Assembly: GCF_036365525.1 (NCBI RefSeq)
Contig: NC_090389.1
Coordinates: 45,426,356 to 45,490,355, forward strand
DNA: 64,000 bases
From: Heterodontus francisci
Lineage: Eukaryota
Direction of reading: 5' to 3'
The first letter of the stretch is position 1. Every line of letters starts with the position of its first letter. The position numbers and the translations under genes are program-made. This document shows, one piece after another, positions 1 to 12,733 of the stretch. Under the pieces are notes generated by a model. It had not been told where the DNA came from and ran no database searches. It worked only from the letters and a program-made list of their open reading frames with translations.

Positions 1-2015
1 AATGTATGATGGCATGAAGAGAGCTCTTGGGCCAACCATCAAGAAGATCACCCCCCTCAAATCTAAATCGGGGGACATAATCACTGACCAACGCAAACAG
101 ATGGACCGCTGGGTTGAGCACTACCTAGAACTGTACTCCAGGGAGAATGCTGTCACTGAGACTGCCCTCAATGCAGCCCAGCCTCCACCAGTCATGGATG
201 AGCTGGACATACAGCCAACCAAATCGGAACTCAGTGATGCCATTGATTCCCTAGCCAGCGGAAAAGCCCCTGGGAAGGACAGCATTACCCCTGAAATAAT
301 CAAGAGTGCCAAGCCTGCTATACTCTCAGCACTACATGAACTGCTATGCCTGTGCTGGGACGAGGGAGCAGTACCCCAGGACATGCGCGATGCCAACATC
401 ATCACCCTCTATAAAAACAAAGGTGACCGCGGTGACTGCAACAACTACCGTGGAATCTCCCTGCTCAGCATAGTGGGGAAAGTCTTTGCTCGAGTCGCTC
501 TGAACAGGCTCCAGAAGCTGGCCGAGCGCGTCTACCCTGAGGCACAGTGTGGCTTTCGTGCAGAGAGATCGACTATTGACATGCTGTTCTCCCTTCGTCA
601 GATACAGGAGAAATGCCGTGAACAGCAGATGCCCCTCTACATTGCTTTCATTGATCTCACCAAAGCCTTTGACCTCGTCAGCAGACGTGGTCTCTTCAGA
701 CTACTAGAAAAGATCGGATGTCCACCAAAGCTACTAAGTATCATCACCTCATTCCATGACAATATGAAAGGCACAATTCAACATGGTGGCTCCTCATCAG
801 AGCCCTTTCCTATCCTGAGTGGTGTGAAACAGGGCTGTGTTCTCGCACCCACACTTTTTGGGATTTTCTTCTCCCTGCTGCTTTCACATGCGTTCAAATC
901 CTCTGAAGAAGGAATTTTCCTCCACACAAGATCAGGGGGCAGGTTGTTCAACCTTGCCCGTCTAAGAGCGAAGTCCAAAGTACGGAAAGTCCTCATCAGA
1001 GAACTCCTCTTTGCTGACGATGCTGCTTTAACATCTCACACTGAAGAATGCCTGCAGAGTCTCATCGACAGGTTTGCGTCTGCCTGCAATGAATTTGGCC
1101 TAACCATCAGCCTCAAGAAAACGAACATCATGGGGCAGGATGTCAGAAATGCTCCATCCATCAATATTGGCGACCACGCTCTGGAAGTGGTTCAAGAGTT
1201 CACCTACCTAGGCTCAACTATCACCAGTAACCTGTCTCTAGATGCAGAAATCAACAAGCGCATGGGTAAGGCTTCCACTGCTATGTTCAGACTGGCCAAG
1301 AGAGTGTGGGAAAATGGCGCACTGACACGGAACACAAAAGTCCGAGTGTATCAGGCCTGTGTCCTCAGTACCTTGCTCTACGGCAGCGAGGCCTGGACAA
1401 CGTATGCCAGCCAAGAGCGACGTCTCAATTCATTCCATCTTCGCTGCCTTCGGAGAATACTTGGCATCAGGTGGCAGGACTATATCTCCAACACAGAAGT
1501 CCTTGAAGCGGCCAACATCCCCAGCTTATACACACTACTGAGTCAGCGGCGCTTGAGATGGCTTGGCCATGTGAGCCGCATGGAAGATGGCAGGATCCCC
1601 AAAGACACATTGTACAGCGAGCTCGCCACTGGTATCAGACCCACCGGCCGTCCATGTCTCCGTTATAAAGACGTCTGCAAACGCGACATGAAATCGTGTG
1701 ACATTGATCACAAGTCGTGGGAGTCAGTTGCCAGCATTCGCCAGAGCTGGCGGGCAGCCATAAAGACAGGGCTAAATTGTGGCGAGTCGAAGAGACTTAG
1801 TAGTTGGCAGGAAAAAAGACAGAGGCGCAAGGGGAGAGCCAACTGTCCAACAGCCCCAACAAACAAATTTCTCTGCAGCACCTGTGGAAGAGCCTGTTAC
1901 TCCAGAATTGGCCTTTATAGCCACTCCAGGCGCTGCTTCACAAACCACTGACCACCTCCAGGCGCGTATCCATTGTCTCTCGAGATAAGGAGGCCCAAAA
2001 GAAAAAAAGAAAGAA
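1..2015 (+). mobile_element. Young RTE/BovB-like LINE, 3' ~2 kb
   Basis: Intact ORF, short 3' UTR and A/G-rich tail (cccaaaagaaaaaaagaaag). The same 3' end recurs at 28.7, 46.6 and 62.4 kb. Confidence 0.93.
2..1951 (+). CDS. RTE-clade (BovB-like) LINE ORF: RT domain and C-terminal CCHC/C2H2-type finger; 5' part outside the window
   Basis: Uninterrupted 649-aa frame with non-LTR RT motifs KAPGKDSI, NYRGISLLS, QCGFR, FIDLTKAFD, GVKQGCVLAPTLF, LFADD, FTYLGS and a terminal CSTCGRACYSRIGLYSH. Confidence 0.95.
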   Translation: MYDGMKRALGPTIKKITPLKSKSGDIITDQRKQMDRWVEHYLELYSRENAVTETALNAAQPPPVMDELDIQPTKSELSDAIDSLASGKAPGKDSITPEIIKSAKPAILSALHELLCLCWDEGAVPQDMRDANIITLYKNKGDRGDCNNYRGISLLSIVGKVFARVALNRLQKLAERVYPEAQCGFRAERSTIDMLFSLRQIQEKCREQQMPLYIAFIDLTKAFDLVSRRGLFRLLEKIGCPPKLLSIITSFHDNMKGTIQHGGSSSEPFPILSGVKQGCVLAPTLFGIFFSLLLSHAFKSSEEGIFLHTRSGGRLFNLARLRAKSKVRKVLIRELLFADDAALTSHTEECLQSLIDRFASACNEFGLTISLKKTNIMGQDVRNAPSINIGDHALEVVQEFTYLGSTITSNLSLDAEINKRMGKASTAMFRLAKRVWENGALTRNTKVRVYQACVLSTLLYGSEAWTTYASQERRLNSFHLRCLRRILGIRWQDYISNTEVLEAANIPSLYTLLSQRRLRWLGHVSRMEDGRIPKDTLYSELATGIRPTGRPCLRYKDVCKRDMKSCDIDHKSWESVASIRQSWRAAIKTGLNCGESKRLSSWQEKRQRRKGRANCPTAPTNKFLCSTCGRACYSRIGLYSHSRRCFTNH

Positions 2016-2147
2016 CAAAGCTTAAATAATAAGAAATATTTAGTATTACAAAGCACCCTTTTCTGAATATGTAAACTTAGACTTTGCATTTTAGTCAAGT
2101 GGAATTTATTTCATGGATTCTAATGTAATAATTAAACAGAAACAAGG

Positions 2148-2243
2148 CAGATAGATAGAGTTAAGATACACTTCAGCCATGATCTAATTAAATGGTAGAA
2201 CAGGTTCCAGGGGCTGAATGGGCTACTCCTGTTCCTATGTAAA
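2148..2243 (+). mobile_element. CR1 LINE 3' tail fragment
   Basis: gagttaagatacacttcagccatgatct...gggctgaatgggctactcctgttcctatgt; matches the tails at 26110-26205 and 61360-61460. Confidence 0.7.
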
Positions 2244-2299
2244 TAATGGAACAGAGGACTCATTTAGAGGCTAATGCCACTCCTAAATGATGAAAGTAT

Positions 2300-2902
2300 G
2301 GCTGAGATTTTTCAGCACGAAGTAAGACCAAATGTGGGTGCCGAGCCCACGGTGGCAATCTTCCTGGCGGCAGCCAATTAAGGGACTGCCGCTGGGCCCG
2401 CCATCCAATTAAGGACTGCAGGCTGGGTCTGAGGGCTGGCATCTCAGCAGCTCGGCAGCGCCGCCAAGAGAGGTGGCTGCTGCTGAGGCTGCAAGAAGAA
2501 CAAGAGGGACTTCCATTTTGATGTGCCCTCAAAGTGGTGAGAAATTTGTTGCTATGTTGGGGCCAGGAAGGCAGGATCTGGCAATCAGAGGGGTAACCCC
2601 ACCAGTGGAGGCATCGGGGCTGCAGGGTGGCTATTGCTGCTGGGGGCCCCTCCTTGAGCCATGAAGCAGAAACCAAAGCATCCCCACCCTAGCCCCCGGG
2701 AAATGGCCACCAATTGGCCCTTAAGTTATTTAACTTGGCCGCCAGCCTCCAGTTGGTGGATGGCCCAGCCACTGCCGTTCCCGCCACTGGGAAAAGAGCC
2801 CGGCAGTGGGACTGCATTGGGAAGCCCTCCCAATGCAGCTCCCCAGCATTTTACCAGCACCCACTTCTTAGCCCACACTCGGGGACCAGTAAAATCCCAG
2901 CC
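2300..2902. mobile_element. Non-autonomous Harbinger/PIF-type DNA transposon (MITE)
   Basis: TIRs ggctgagatttt / aaaatcccagcc (11/12 match), 3-bp TSD TAT at 2297-2299 and 2903-2905, GC-rich interior. Confidence 0.8.
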
Positions 2903-3159
2903 TATGTTTTCTTGGCGAGGCAAGGTGGGTTCTTTAGCAACATTAAGAAACTTTTTCTATTTGAATTTAACTAAGGTTTTGTGAGTGCTATTATTTTTCA
3001 TAATTTGGGAGATGAATCAAGTTTCAAGTTTGCCTTTCTCTATGCCATACCAATCACTGCATCACAAGACACAACTTGATGTCCAGTGAGGAGAAATGTT
3101 AACTAATAGTTTATCAATTCTCTACAGGTTGAGAGTCTGCCAGTTGTTATGAATTACAT

Positions 3160-3530
3160 GAAAGCCTTGGACAAAGTTTCCCAGGAAAGGCTGCTACATA
3201 AGCTCAAAGCAGTAAAAGCTCAAATTCAAGATAAAATCTGGGAAAGGACAAGAAACCAGATGAAAGAAAGCAAACAGGTGGTGTTTGTTAGGGCGTGATA
3301 TTAAAGTAGGGTAAGGAAGTACTGAGCAGAGTAGCTCACAGCTTGCGCCTGGGAACCCTTCTCTTTCTAGTCTAGATCAAATTGGTCATGTTCACCGATG
3401 ATACAAAACTGAGTGGGGGAGGAAGGCTGACATCAGGGAATGTATCCAGGACAAAATCTGTTTAAGTATAGAACAGTAGCAGATGAAATTTAATAAATGT
3501 AAATGTAAGATACTACATATTGGGAGAAGA
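3160..3530 (+). mobile_element. Old CR1 RT fragment
   Basis: Degenerate KALDKVS, FTDDTKL and MKFNxxKCKILHIGRRN motifs. Confidence 0.6.
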
Positions 3531-3589
3531 AATTGCCAACTGAAAATTAACTATTACATGTGTGGAGTCTCATTTATTCATGTTGTGAA

Positions 3590-3962
3590 TTTTGTTTTTG
3601 GATATCTTGCAAATGTCAGATTTTTATTTTTTTCTTACTTTTCCTTTCTGTTTCTTTTTTCTCTCTCTTAATCCAATCTTTCTTTCCTTCTCTATTTCTC
3701 TTCCTGTACATCATTTGATATTGAATTGTCTCCTTTAATTCACCCTCCTTCTCAGCTTTCTGTTGTTAATTTCCTAATCCTTAAATCTCATTGGTTAAAG
3801 AGGTACCCTATTGTTTGCCCTGTCCCTTCAGGTCTCAGATGCCCTGTTTCCCTTCACTGTGCCGTTATCAGCTCACACAATGTTTTTGAGCTGAAAGGTG
3901 AAAGGAAAAGTGTAGCTAACAGCAAATGCCATTAGATACCCTGCTACCACAAATTCTTGCCC
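3590..3962 (-). mobile_element. Partial MITE, same family as 43496-44250
   Basis: 3740-3870 resembles the reverse complement of 43610-43740; terminal cacaaattcttgccc resembles the TIR. Confidence 0.55.
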
Positions 3963-4027
3963 TTTGAGTATTATTCCAGTTCTAGTTGCCATGACAGAAG
4001 TGAAACATTCAAGTCTTAGACACAAAT

Positions 4028-4175
4028 CTAACAGCACTGTTGGTGTACCTACCCCACATGGACTGCAGCAGTTCAAGAAGGCAGCTCACCACCACCTTCT
4101 CAAGGGCAATTAGGGATGAGCAATAAATGCTGGCCTAGCCAGTGACGCCCACATCCCATGAACAAATAAATTTTT
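4028..4175 (+). mobile_element. CR1-Zenon-like LINE 3' tail
   Basis: ctaacagcactgt...ttcaagaaggcagctcaccaccaccttctcaagggcaattagggatg...cccacatcccatgaa. Confidence 0.8.
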
Positions 4176-5269
4176 AAAATCTGAAAGACCGATCTCATGG
4201 GTCAGTGGGCTAAGCTTTATAGAAGTAGGCTTTATAGAAACTAGGGCTCTTTTATCTTGAGAAAAGGTGATTAATATAGTTTACTTATATAAGTCATCCC
4301 TTAAACAGTGTAGAAAGGGTAAGCCTGGAGCATTTTTCCACAGTAAACCAAGAGTGTGCGATTAGGGGGCAGAGGTTCAAACTAGTGAAGGGCAAATTGA
4401 GGACTAATGTGAAGAACACTTGCAATACACTTTACAGAGAAACAAAAGGGAACTAAAATATGCCAACTGGCCATCCTTATTTGTATTCATCTTGTAAACA
4501 GAGACAGAAAGATGGGAATGGATTAGAGATGACAGAGGCTTTGAATATTTGCTGCCATATTTTGCCCATATCAGTTCCTCATAAATGCTGTATAAATGCT
4601 GTGGATATCTAGGTCACTGCTTTTAGTCATTTTCAGATATAAATAATATGGAACATTTTTCCCCATTTATGTTGGGAATAATCGTTTGTTAGGCTATTCT
4701 TGATGAAATTATAAACCTTCTGTCTAAAAATCACTGGGATTAACTTAGTGCGTAACCCAAGGGTAGTAGTCCTTAGCGATCTCTTTGAGCTAGTGCCTGC
4801 TTTGAAGTGTTGAAAAAAAGTGTACTGGTTGTGCGCTGCTTGTTGTCAAATGAATTGATTTATAAAAATGTTGTTATGGCATCTCAGCCAATTTCATACT
4901 GATGAAATTCCATATTGAATTTGATAATTAAGGTGCTAAAATGGTTGCATTTGATAGGTTTGCTTTCAATCCATTTCTGTCACCTGATCATGCTGCCTTT
5001 ATTTTACATCTGTTACATATCATACATTGATGTCTGAGCTGCATACATTTCCTTGTAATATTATTTTTCTGAGCTTTTTACTTCTCTTTTCCCGAGAACA
5101 CTAAATCATGCTGGGCTGTGTTCCATAAGTCTTGGCTGCTCTCCAATACCTCCCCAGGGTGACCATTCTTCAGCTACCTGGACAATAAAGCCCACATTTA
5201 CCAAACAATTTTGTGGTGGAAGTAACTGTGTTCTAAATCTGTCCAAATATGAACATACAAACATATGAA

Positions 5270-5880
5270 TTAGGAAAATATTTCTCCTCGTCTCTGTCTT
5301 AAATGGGCAACCCCTTATTTTTGAACAGTGATGCCTAGTTCTAGATTTGCCCACAAGGGAAAACATCTTTTCCACATCCACCCTGTCAAGACCCCTCAGG
5401 ATCTTATATGTTCTCTTCACAACTTACTTTCCTACTTATCTTTGTGTCATCATCAAATTTAGCAGCCACACCTTCGATCCCTTCACCCAAGTCATTTATA
5501 TAAATTGTAAAAAGTTGAGGCCCCAGCACTGATAACTGCGGCACACCACTCATTACATCTTGCCAACCAGAAAATCACCTATTTATGCCTACTCTCGGTT
5601 TCCTGTTAGCCAATCTTCTATCCATGCCAATATGTTATCCCCTACACCATGACATTTTATTTCCCGCAATTACCTTTGATGTGGCACCTTACAAAATGCT
5701 TTCTGGAAATCTAAGTACAGGACATCCACCAGTTCCCCTCTATCCACAGCACATGTTACTTCTTCAAAGAACTCCAGTAAATTGGTTAAACGATTTCCCT
5801 TTCACAAAACCATGTTGTCTCTGACTGATTACCTTGAATTTTTCTAAGTGCCCTGCTATAACGTCTTTAATAATAGCTTC
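5270..5880 (-). mobile_element. CR1 LINE fragments (RT/3' region, internally deleted)
   Basis: Minus-strand YKILRGLDRVDVEKMFSLVGKSRTR; plus strand gtggcaccttacaaaatgctttctggaaatctaagta reads YLDFQKAF on the minus strand. Confidence 0.8.
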
Positions 5881-6304
5881 TAGAATCCAAGGTTCTGCAA
5901 ATGAGCTGGCTGCAGTAAACTAGGTGCAAACAGTAGCTTTCCATTTGAGTCTGCTTAAAACCTACCAATTGACATTCAGATTTAAATAACACCAAAAGCA
6001 GAAAATCTAGGCTTGAATGTTAGAAGTCTAGTTGATGATGGAGTGCGTTAGAGCTGATTCGAATATCTGTTCATGCTATGTAATTCATCCAGATAGACTA
6101 CCTAGCAGGGAGTCAATTTGCTGAGATTGCTCTTTTTGCCTTCCTATTGACACCCTGACTGCAGCTAATTCAGTATCTTTTGATTGTAACCAACTAAGGC
6201 CAGGTCTAAGAATGTATTGTTAAAAGCTATGAACATCATTGTGCAACTGAGTTACTGATATAATAATGTATTCTACAAACCAGGCAATTAGTCTGCTTTT
6301 CTTT

Positions 6305-6870
6305 GAATTCATTCATAGGATGTGAGCGTCACCAGTGAGGCCAGCATTCATTGCCCATCCCTAATTGCCCTTGAGAAAGTGATGGTGAGCCACCTTCTTG
6401 AACCCTGCAGTCCAGGTCTGTCAGTATACCAGTAGCGCTATTAGTGAGGGAGTTCCAGGATTTTAACACAGCAACAATGAAGGAACAGCAATTTAATTTC
6501 AAGTCAAGATGGTGTGTGACTTAGAGGGGAATTTTCAGGTGGTGTTCTCATGCGTTTGTTGCCCTTGTCTTTCTAGGTGGTTGAGGTCGCAGTTTGGGAG
6601 GTACTGTTGAAGAAGCCTTGGCGAGTTGCTGCAGTGCATCTTATAGATGGTACACGCTTCTGCCACTCTGCGCTGGTGGTGGAGTGAGGGAGTGCTTAAG
6701 GTTGCCAATCAAGTGGCTGCTTTGTCCTGGATGGTGTTGAGCTTCTCGAGTGTTATTAGAGCTGCATTCATCCAGGCAAGTGGAGAGTATTCCATTACAT
6801 TCCTGACTTGTGCCTTGTAGATGATGGAAGACTTTTGGGAGTCAGGAGATGAATAACCCGGCACAGAATT
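6305..6870 (-). mobile_element. CR1-Zenon-like LINE 3' fragment
   Basis: Same tail and C-terminal coding region as 19808-21918. Confidence 0.85.
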
Positions 6871-6974
6871 CATATGTATGCATTGTTCATATGTAAATTA
6901 ACTGAACATATTGGAAATGCTGCAGTCCATACACAACTGGTGAAAAATGCACAAAATGGAGGTGAAGTGGATTT

Positions 6975-7865
6975 TTAAAAATTCTTTCATGGGATGTTGC
7001 ATCGCTGGCAAGGCCAGCATTTATTGCCCATCCCCAATTGCCCTTGAGAAGGTTGTGGTTATCCACCTTCTTGAACCGCTGCAGTCCATCTGGTGCAGGT
7101 ACTCCGACAGTGCTGTTAGGGAAGGAGTTCCAGGATTTTAATCCAGTGACAGTGAAGGAACAGTGGTATAGTTCCAAGTCAGGATGGTGTGTGGCTTTGA
7201 GGGGAACTTGAAGATAGTGATGCTCCCATATGTCTGCTGCCCTTGTCCTTCTAGGTGATAGAGATTGCAGGTTTGGAAGGTGCTGTCGAAGGAACTTTGG
7301 TGAGTTGCTGCAGTGCATCTTGTATATGGTGCACACTGCTGCCACTGTGCGTCAGTGGTAGAAGGAGTGAATGCTTTAAGTTGATGGATGGGGTGCTGAT
7401 CAAGCGGGCTGCTTTGTTCTGGATGTTGTCATGCTTCTTGAGTGTTTTTGGAGCCGCAGTCATCCAGGCAAATGGAGAGTATTCCATTACACTCCTGACT
7501 TTATGCCTTGTAGATGATGGACAGGCTTTGGGGAGTCAAAGTGAGTTACTCACCTCAGAATTCCCAGTCTCTGACCTGCTCTTGTAGCCATGGTATTTAT
7601 GTGACAGGTCCAGCTCAGTTTCTGGTCAATGGTAACCCCAGGATGTTGATAGTGGGGGATTCGGCGATGGTAATGCCGTTGAATGTCAAGGGAAGATGGT
7701 TAAATTTAAATCGTGTTGGAAATGGTCATTGCCTGGCACTTTTGTGGCATGACTTACTCTGTTACTTGCCATTTATCAGCCCAAGCCTGAATGTTGTCGA
7801 GGTCTCGCTGCATATGGACATGGGCTGCTTCACTACCTGAGGAGCTACAAATTGTACTGAACTTT
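6975..7865 (-). mobile_element. CR1-Zenon-like LINE 3' fragment
   Basis: MQRDLDNIQAWADKWQVT, MEYSPFAWMTAAPKTLKK, AAVCTIYKMHCSN and the family tail. Confidence 0.88.
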
Positions 7866-8120
7866 GAAATGGTAATGGAAGAGCAACTCCTGTGGTGCAA
7901 TGCATTGATCATTCTTGGTATGCAAGTTTTGAATTGGACCCAAAAGCTGGAAAGAGACAACTATGTCATAGGTTTGATGCAATTCCAACATAATTTAGTA
8001 TAATTGTGGATACTCTAGACTCTCACCCCTTATGAACTCGTAAGCAGAGATAATACCCTTACAATCAAATACGAAGAAACTTGAAGCCGGGTTCCAGATC
8101 GTGATTTAGAGTCATAGATT

Positions 8121-8517
8121 CTTTTTTTTTTATTTGTTCATGGGATGTGGGCGTCCCTGGCTAGGCCAACATTTATTGCCCATCGCTAATTGCCCTTGAA
8201 CTGAGTGGCTTACTAGGCCATTTCAGAGGGCATTGAAGAGTCAACCACATTGCTGTGGGTCTGGAGTCATATGTAGGCCAGGTATGATGGCAGATTTCCT
8301 TCTCTAAAGACATTAGTGAACCAGATGAGTTTTTACAACAATCAACAATGGTTTCATGATCACTATTAGACTAGCTTTTAATTCCAGATTTTTTTAATTA
8401 ATTGAATTCAAATTTCACCATCTGCCATGGTGGGATTCAAACCCATGTGCCCACAGCAATAGCCAGGGCCTCTGGATTACTAGTACAGTGACATTACCAC
8501 TATGCCACCACCTCCCC
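8121..8517 (-). mobile_element. tRNA-derived SINE with CR1-Zenon 3' tail
   Basis: Minus-strand head GGGGAGGTGGTGGCATAGTGGT (A box), GGTTTGAATCCC (B box); tail matches the Zenon LINE tail. Inserted in the tail of a CR1. Confidence 0.85.
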
Positions 8518-9212
8518 TGTATCGGCATAGAAGGAAGCTATTTGGCCCTTCGAGTCTATGCCAGCTCTCTGTGGAGCAATCCAGTCAGTCCCACTCCTCT
8601 GCTCAATCCCTGTAGCCCTGTAAATTTATTTCCTTCAAGCACCCATCCAATTTCTTTTTGAAATCATTGATTGTCGGCACTTCCACCTCCCTCATGGGCA
8701 GTGTATTCCAGGTCACTACCACTCACTGTGTAAAAAAAGTTCTTTCTCACATTTCCCCTGCATCTCTTGCCCAAAATCTTCAATTTGTGTCCCCTAGTCC
8801 TTGTACTATCAGTTAATGAGAACAGTTTTTCTTTGTCTTGTACACCTCTATCAAATCTCCACTCAATTTTATTTGCTCCAGGGAGAGCAACCCCAGCTTC
8901 TCCAACCTAATGTTGTAGCTAAAATCCCTCATCCTTGGTACGATTCTGGTAAATCTCCTCTGCACCCTCTCAAGGACCCTCACATCCTTCCAAAAGTGTG
9001 GTGACCAAAACTGGATATAATACTCTAGTTGGGGCCTAGCCAGAGGTTTGTAAAGATTCAGCACAACTTCCCTGCTTTTGTACTCGAGAGCACTATTTAT
9101 GAAGCCCAAGATCCCATAAGCTTTGCTAACCACTCTCTCAATATGTCCAGCCACTTTCAAAGATCGATACACACACACCCCTAGGTCCTTCTGTTCCTGC
9201 ACACTCTTTAGA
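8518..9212 (-). mobile_element. CR1 (HER1-like) LINE 3' fragment
   Basis: ORF 8813-9202: KDLGV...LYKPLARPQLEYYIQFWSPH...LERVQRRFTRIVP. Confidence 0.9.
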
Positions 9213-10369
9213 ATGCTTCAGAATTGTGGATAAGCTTTCCATCTCTTCTCTTCATACTGCCAGGGCTAGCACAGAAAGTCATCTAATGTGTGCTTGCTAT
9301 CCACGTAACTTTCTTACTTGTGTCCCTGTCCTCTTTCCTTAGGTTGGACAGACTTTGACATGATGAGGAAATCCCTGATTAAGAGGCATCATCACTGGAT
9401 TTTACATTGCGTACGCACCAGCTGTAAAACAGGCAGCCAGTACGATTGACACAGTGACTTAGTCAGGTGTGTTCGTTCTGAATGTCTATGGTGAAAGTGA
9501 AGAAGACATTTACTTTCTCTGGTAAGGTGTCAATCACCTGCTTGATACCTGCATAGACTGCAGATTGACTGATATTACTGATGTGCTCTGTGGCAATCTG
9601 GAAGGAACCAGTTCAGGACTACAGCAAACATTGTTGGTTACAGGTCATCTTCAAATCTTTCACTGACTCCATGAGAAAACCTAACTTTTTCATGTACAGC
9701 TCCTCATTTAAGCTTATCCTGTACAGTTGGTTTGGTGGTTCAAGTGCATCTTCTATCTACATCTTGACCTTCAAGTAGCACGACCCTCCCTCCCTCCCTT
9801 CCTTCCTTCCTCCCTCCCTTCTCCAAATAGAATTGGATTCCCAATGGCATCCAAGGAACAAGAGCTAATGCAGCTAAATCTTACTGCAAACTCCATTCGT
9901 GCACACAACCAATAATATTCAGTAAGTCACTTATAACATATCAAAAAATATTTATTCTTTTCTTGTAAATGTTACCTGGGTTCAGCTGTTCAACCATTTC
10001 AGTATCATTTGAGACTGCCATCTGACTTCAGCTACCCTTAGCTTGTGAGCAGGAATAGGAAGTTAAATTAAGAAGGTTCAAAGGTCATAGAACGGCATCA
10101 GGGTTGTAATGACATCATAACAGCCTCATTAAAAATTTCATGAAGCTTCTGCCTGTTTCAGACAGGAATATGCATGAAAATTAGGTGGGTCAAAAATTTG
10201 GTGAGAATTCCTGGCTGATTTCCTGGTCTTTGCCATTCCACTTATACTTAAAGTCAGGGCAGTAAGCAAAAGAAAATCTACCCTGTGGCTTGGGGCATTG
10301 GGACTTAAAGAAGCAAAGCATACTTACTAGCACCACAATCAGTTTGTTACAACTGGCAAACATTATTTG

Positions 10370-10475
10370 AGTTGAGTTCTGATGAAGGGTCACTGACCTG
10401 AAATGTTAACTCTGCTTCTTTCTCCACAGATGCCGCCAGACCTGCTGAGTATTTCCAGCATTTCTTGTTTTTATT
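10370..10475 (+). mobile_element. Penelope-derived mini-element with minimal type I hammerhead ribozyme
   Basis: gagtt CTGATGA agggtcactgacct GAAA tgtt aactc; 12-bp TSD aaacattatttg at 10358-10369 and 10476-10487. Confidence 0.8.
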
Positions 10476-11914
10476 AAACATTATTTGGCAATCTATTCTC
10501 AGATTAATAATGATTTTGTGCCATTTGACTTTTTAGATAAAGCAAGAGTTACATTTTCCCCAGCTAACATATGGCAGCAATATTTCTATATCCTCATCTT
10601 GAAGCAAGTGCTGGAAACAAGAGATTAAAAAATCCCCGAACGTCTAATACTTTGTAATATTTGACATCCACCTGCTGTTCATGCACTTGTGGACTTTAAA
10701 CTTACTTACAATCTCCACTGGGTAGCATATTGGTTTTAATGTCCTGAAAATTCAAGCAGAAAAATCAATCTTAAAATTTAAACTCTGTATAAATTGAATG
10801 CCCAGTGTGTGCTGGCAATACAGAAATGAAGTTAAAAGAAGGAATAGATTTAATTGTTTATATCATTCAATATTTACGTGTCTAACATGGTGGCATTAGT
10901 ATTTCAATGCCATTTATTCCCTTCTGGACTGGTTCACTTGATTACTTGGTTGGGTCATATTAAGTATTATAACTTTCTTTGAAAAACACCACAGGTAGAA
11001 GTTTGCTTCTACTCACATTAGAGACTTAATGCTGAAACCATAACATTCAAGTGCCAATGGACATATTATACTTTTTTTTGTTGAAACAGAGTCAACCTTT
11101 TTCATAATGACCCCCAATCCAAACAGCAGATAAGCATGAATTTGCTACAGGCAATTTCTTGTAACATGAATTGGTACTTGACTGACAACATTGGTCAATC
11201 ATGACATAATTGTAATGATGTTCGTTTCACACTTTTAGAGTAGCTAACAAGCCATTCAGTGGGTATAAATGATAAATAGTTTGTTAAGCCCGCCGTAGAA
11301 TGTGGAAAGCATTAGAGTAATGGAGCAGAAGCAAATCTGTTAAGCTTGTTTTGTGACTGAACACGCAATGCATGACCTCATAGGTTGCATATCTAAGAAA
11401 TGGGAGAAACTATTTTGGACAGATTGAGCATCCTACAAATATGCCCTGGAAACAAATAGCCATGGCAAAATGTCACAGAGCATATGAACTCAGGTTTGAT
11501 AATAGTTTGAGCTAATAGGAGGTCTGGAAGAAGATTCATGACTTGAAAAGGAACACGAAAGTAAAGAAAGACTATCATTGTAAATTAACAGCACAGTACA
11601 GTGCTGATTTGGAGATGAAGTTAAATAGTAGTTGTTAAAGAAACACATGTAAAACATTGCTGTATTCATGGAGGAAAGAATTTCCATGTATTATATAACC
11701 CTCCCAAATATGGAAATGAAAGAAACTTTAACGAGTCTTAGCATGTCACAACACTGCATGCTAAAAATTATTTTGGAATGCAATGAAATAGATTCAATAG
11801 TGAATCAGCAGCCCATTTACCTCTCTCCCAATTTTTATTCCCATAGCCAATCACTAGCACTCATTTTACACTATCACACAAAGTCATAATCTACCACAAT
11901 GGCTCTTCTCTTGT

Positions 11915-12215
11915 ATTCAGCAAGATTGCACAAGCAGCGGGGAGATGTATCATCAGTTAATCTGTTTTTGTGGGGTTGCTCAATCTAATATTATGGGCCA
12001 GGTCACTGTGGAACTCCTAACTCTTCTTTGAATAGTGTCACCATGTGTTTAATATCCATCTGAACCAGAGGATGTTTCTATCAAGAACAGCACACCCATC
12101 AAAGCAATACTCCCTCAATATTGCTTGCGTGTTACATTGGATTATATGTTCAAATGTTGAATCCAAAACCTTCTGATTCAGAGGTGAGGGTGTTACTAAC
12201 TGAACCAAGCTGATA
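11915..12215 (-). mobile_element. Diverged DeuSINE (SacSINE1-like)
   Basis: Recognisable ctcttctttgaatagtg, atactccctcaata and aaccttctgattcagaggtgagggtgttactaactgaacc segments. Confidence 0.6.
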
Positions 12216-12234
12216 AAGACATGTGTGGAGATGG

Positions 12235-12733
12235 AGTTACAGTTCTGGTCGCCACTCTATAGGAAGGATGTGATTGCACTGGAGAGGGTGTAGAGGAAAT
12301 TCACCAGGATGTTGCCTGGGCTGGAGCATTTCAGCTATGAAGAGAGACTGGATAGGCTAGGGTTGTTTTTCTTAGAGCAGAGAAGGCTGAGGGGGGACCT
12401 GATTGAGGTATACAAAATTCTGAGGGGCATAGATAGGGTAGATAGGAAGTAACATTTTCCCTTAGCGGAGGTGTCAATAACCAGGGGGTATAGATTTAAG
12501 GTAAGGGGCAGGAGGTTTAGAGGGGATTTGAGGAAAAAAGTTTTCACCCAGAGGGTGGTTGGAATCTGGAACACATGCAGGAACCCTCACAACATTTAAG
12601 AAGTACTTAGATGAGCCTTAGTACTTAGTACTTTGAAACGCCACAGCATACAAGGCTATGGGCCAAGGTGCTTGATGGCTGGTGCGGACACGGTGGGCCA
12701 AAGGACCTGTTTCTGTGCTGTATAACTCTATGA
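12235..12733 (+). mobile_element. CR1 (HER1-like) LINE 3' end
   Basis: QFWSPLYRKDVIALERV... and tail gtgggccaaaggacctgtttctgtgctgtataactcta, shared with the V-SINEs. Confidence 0.9.

Noticed and set aside
4898-4992. TGATGA...CTGA resembling a C/D snoRNA
   Set aside because: Imperfect C box, negligible terminal stem and no recognisable guide.
9480-9700. Minus-strand AVYAGIKQVI, resembling an RTE linker region
   Set aside because: Similarity too short to call without an alignment.
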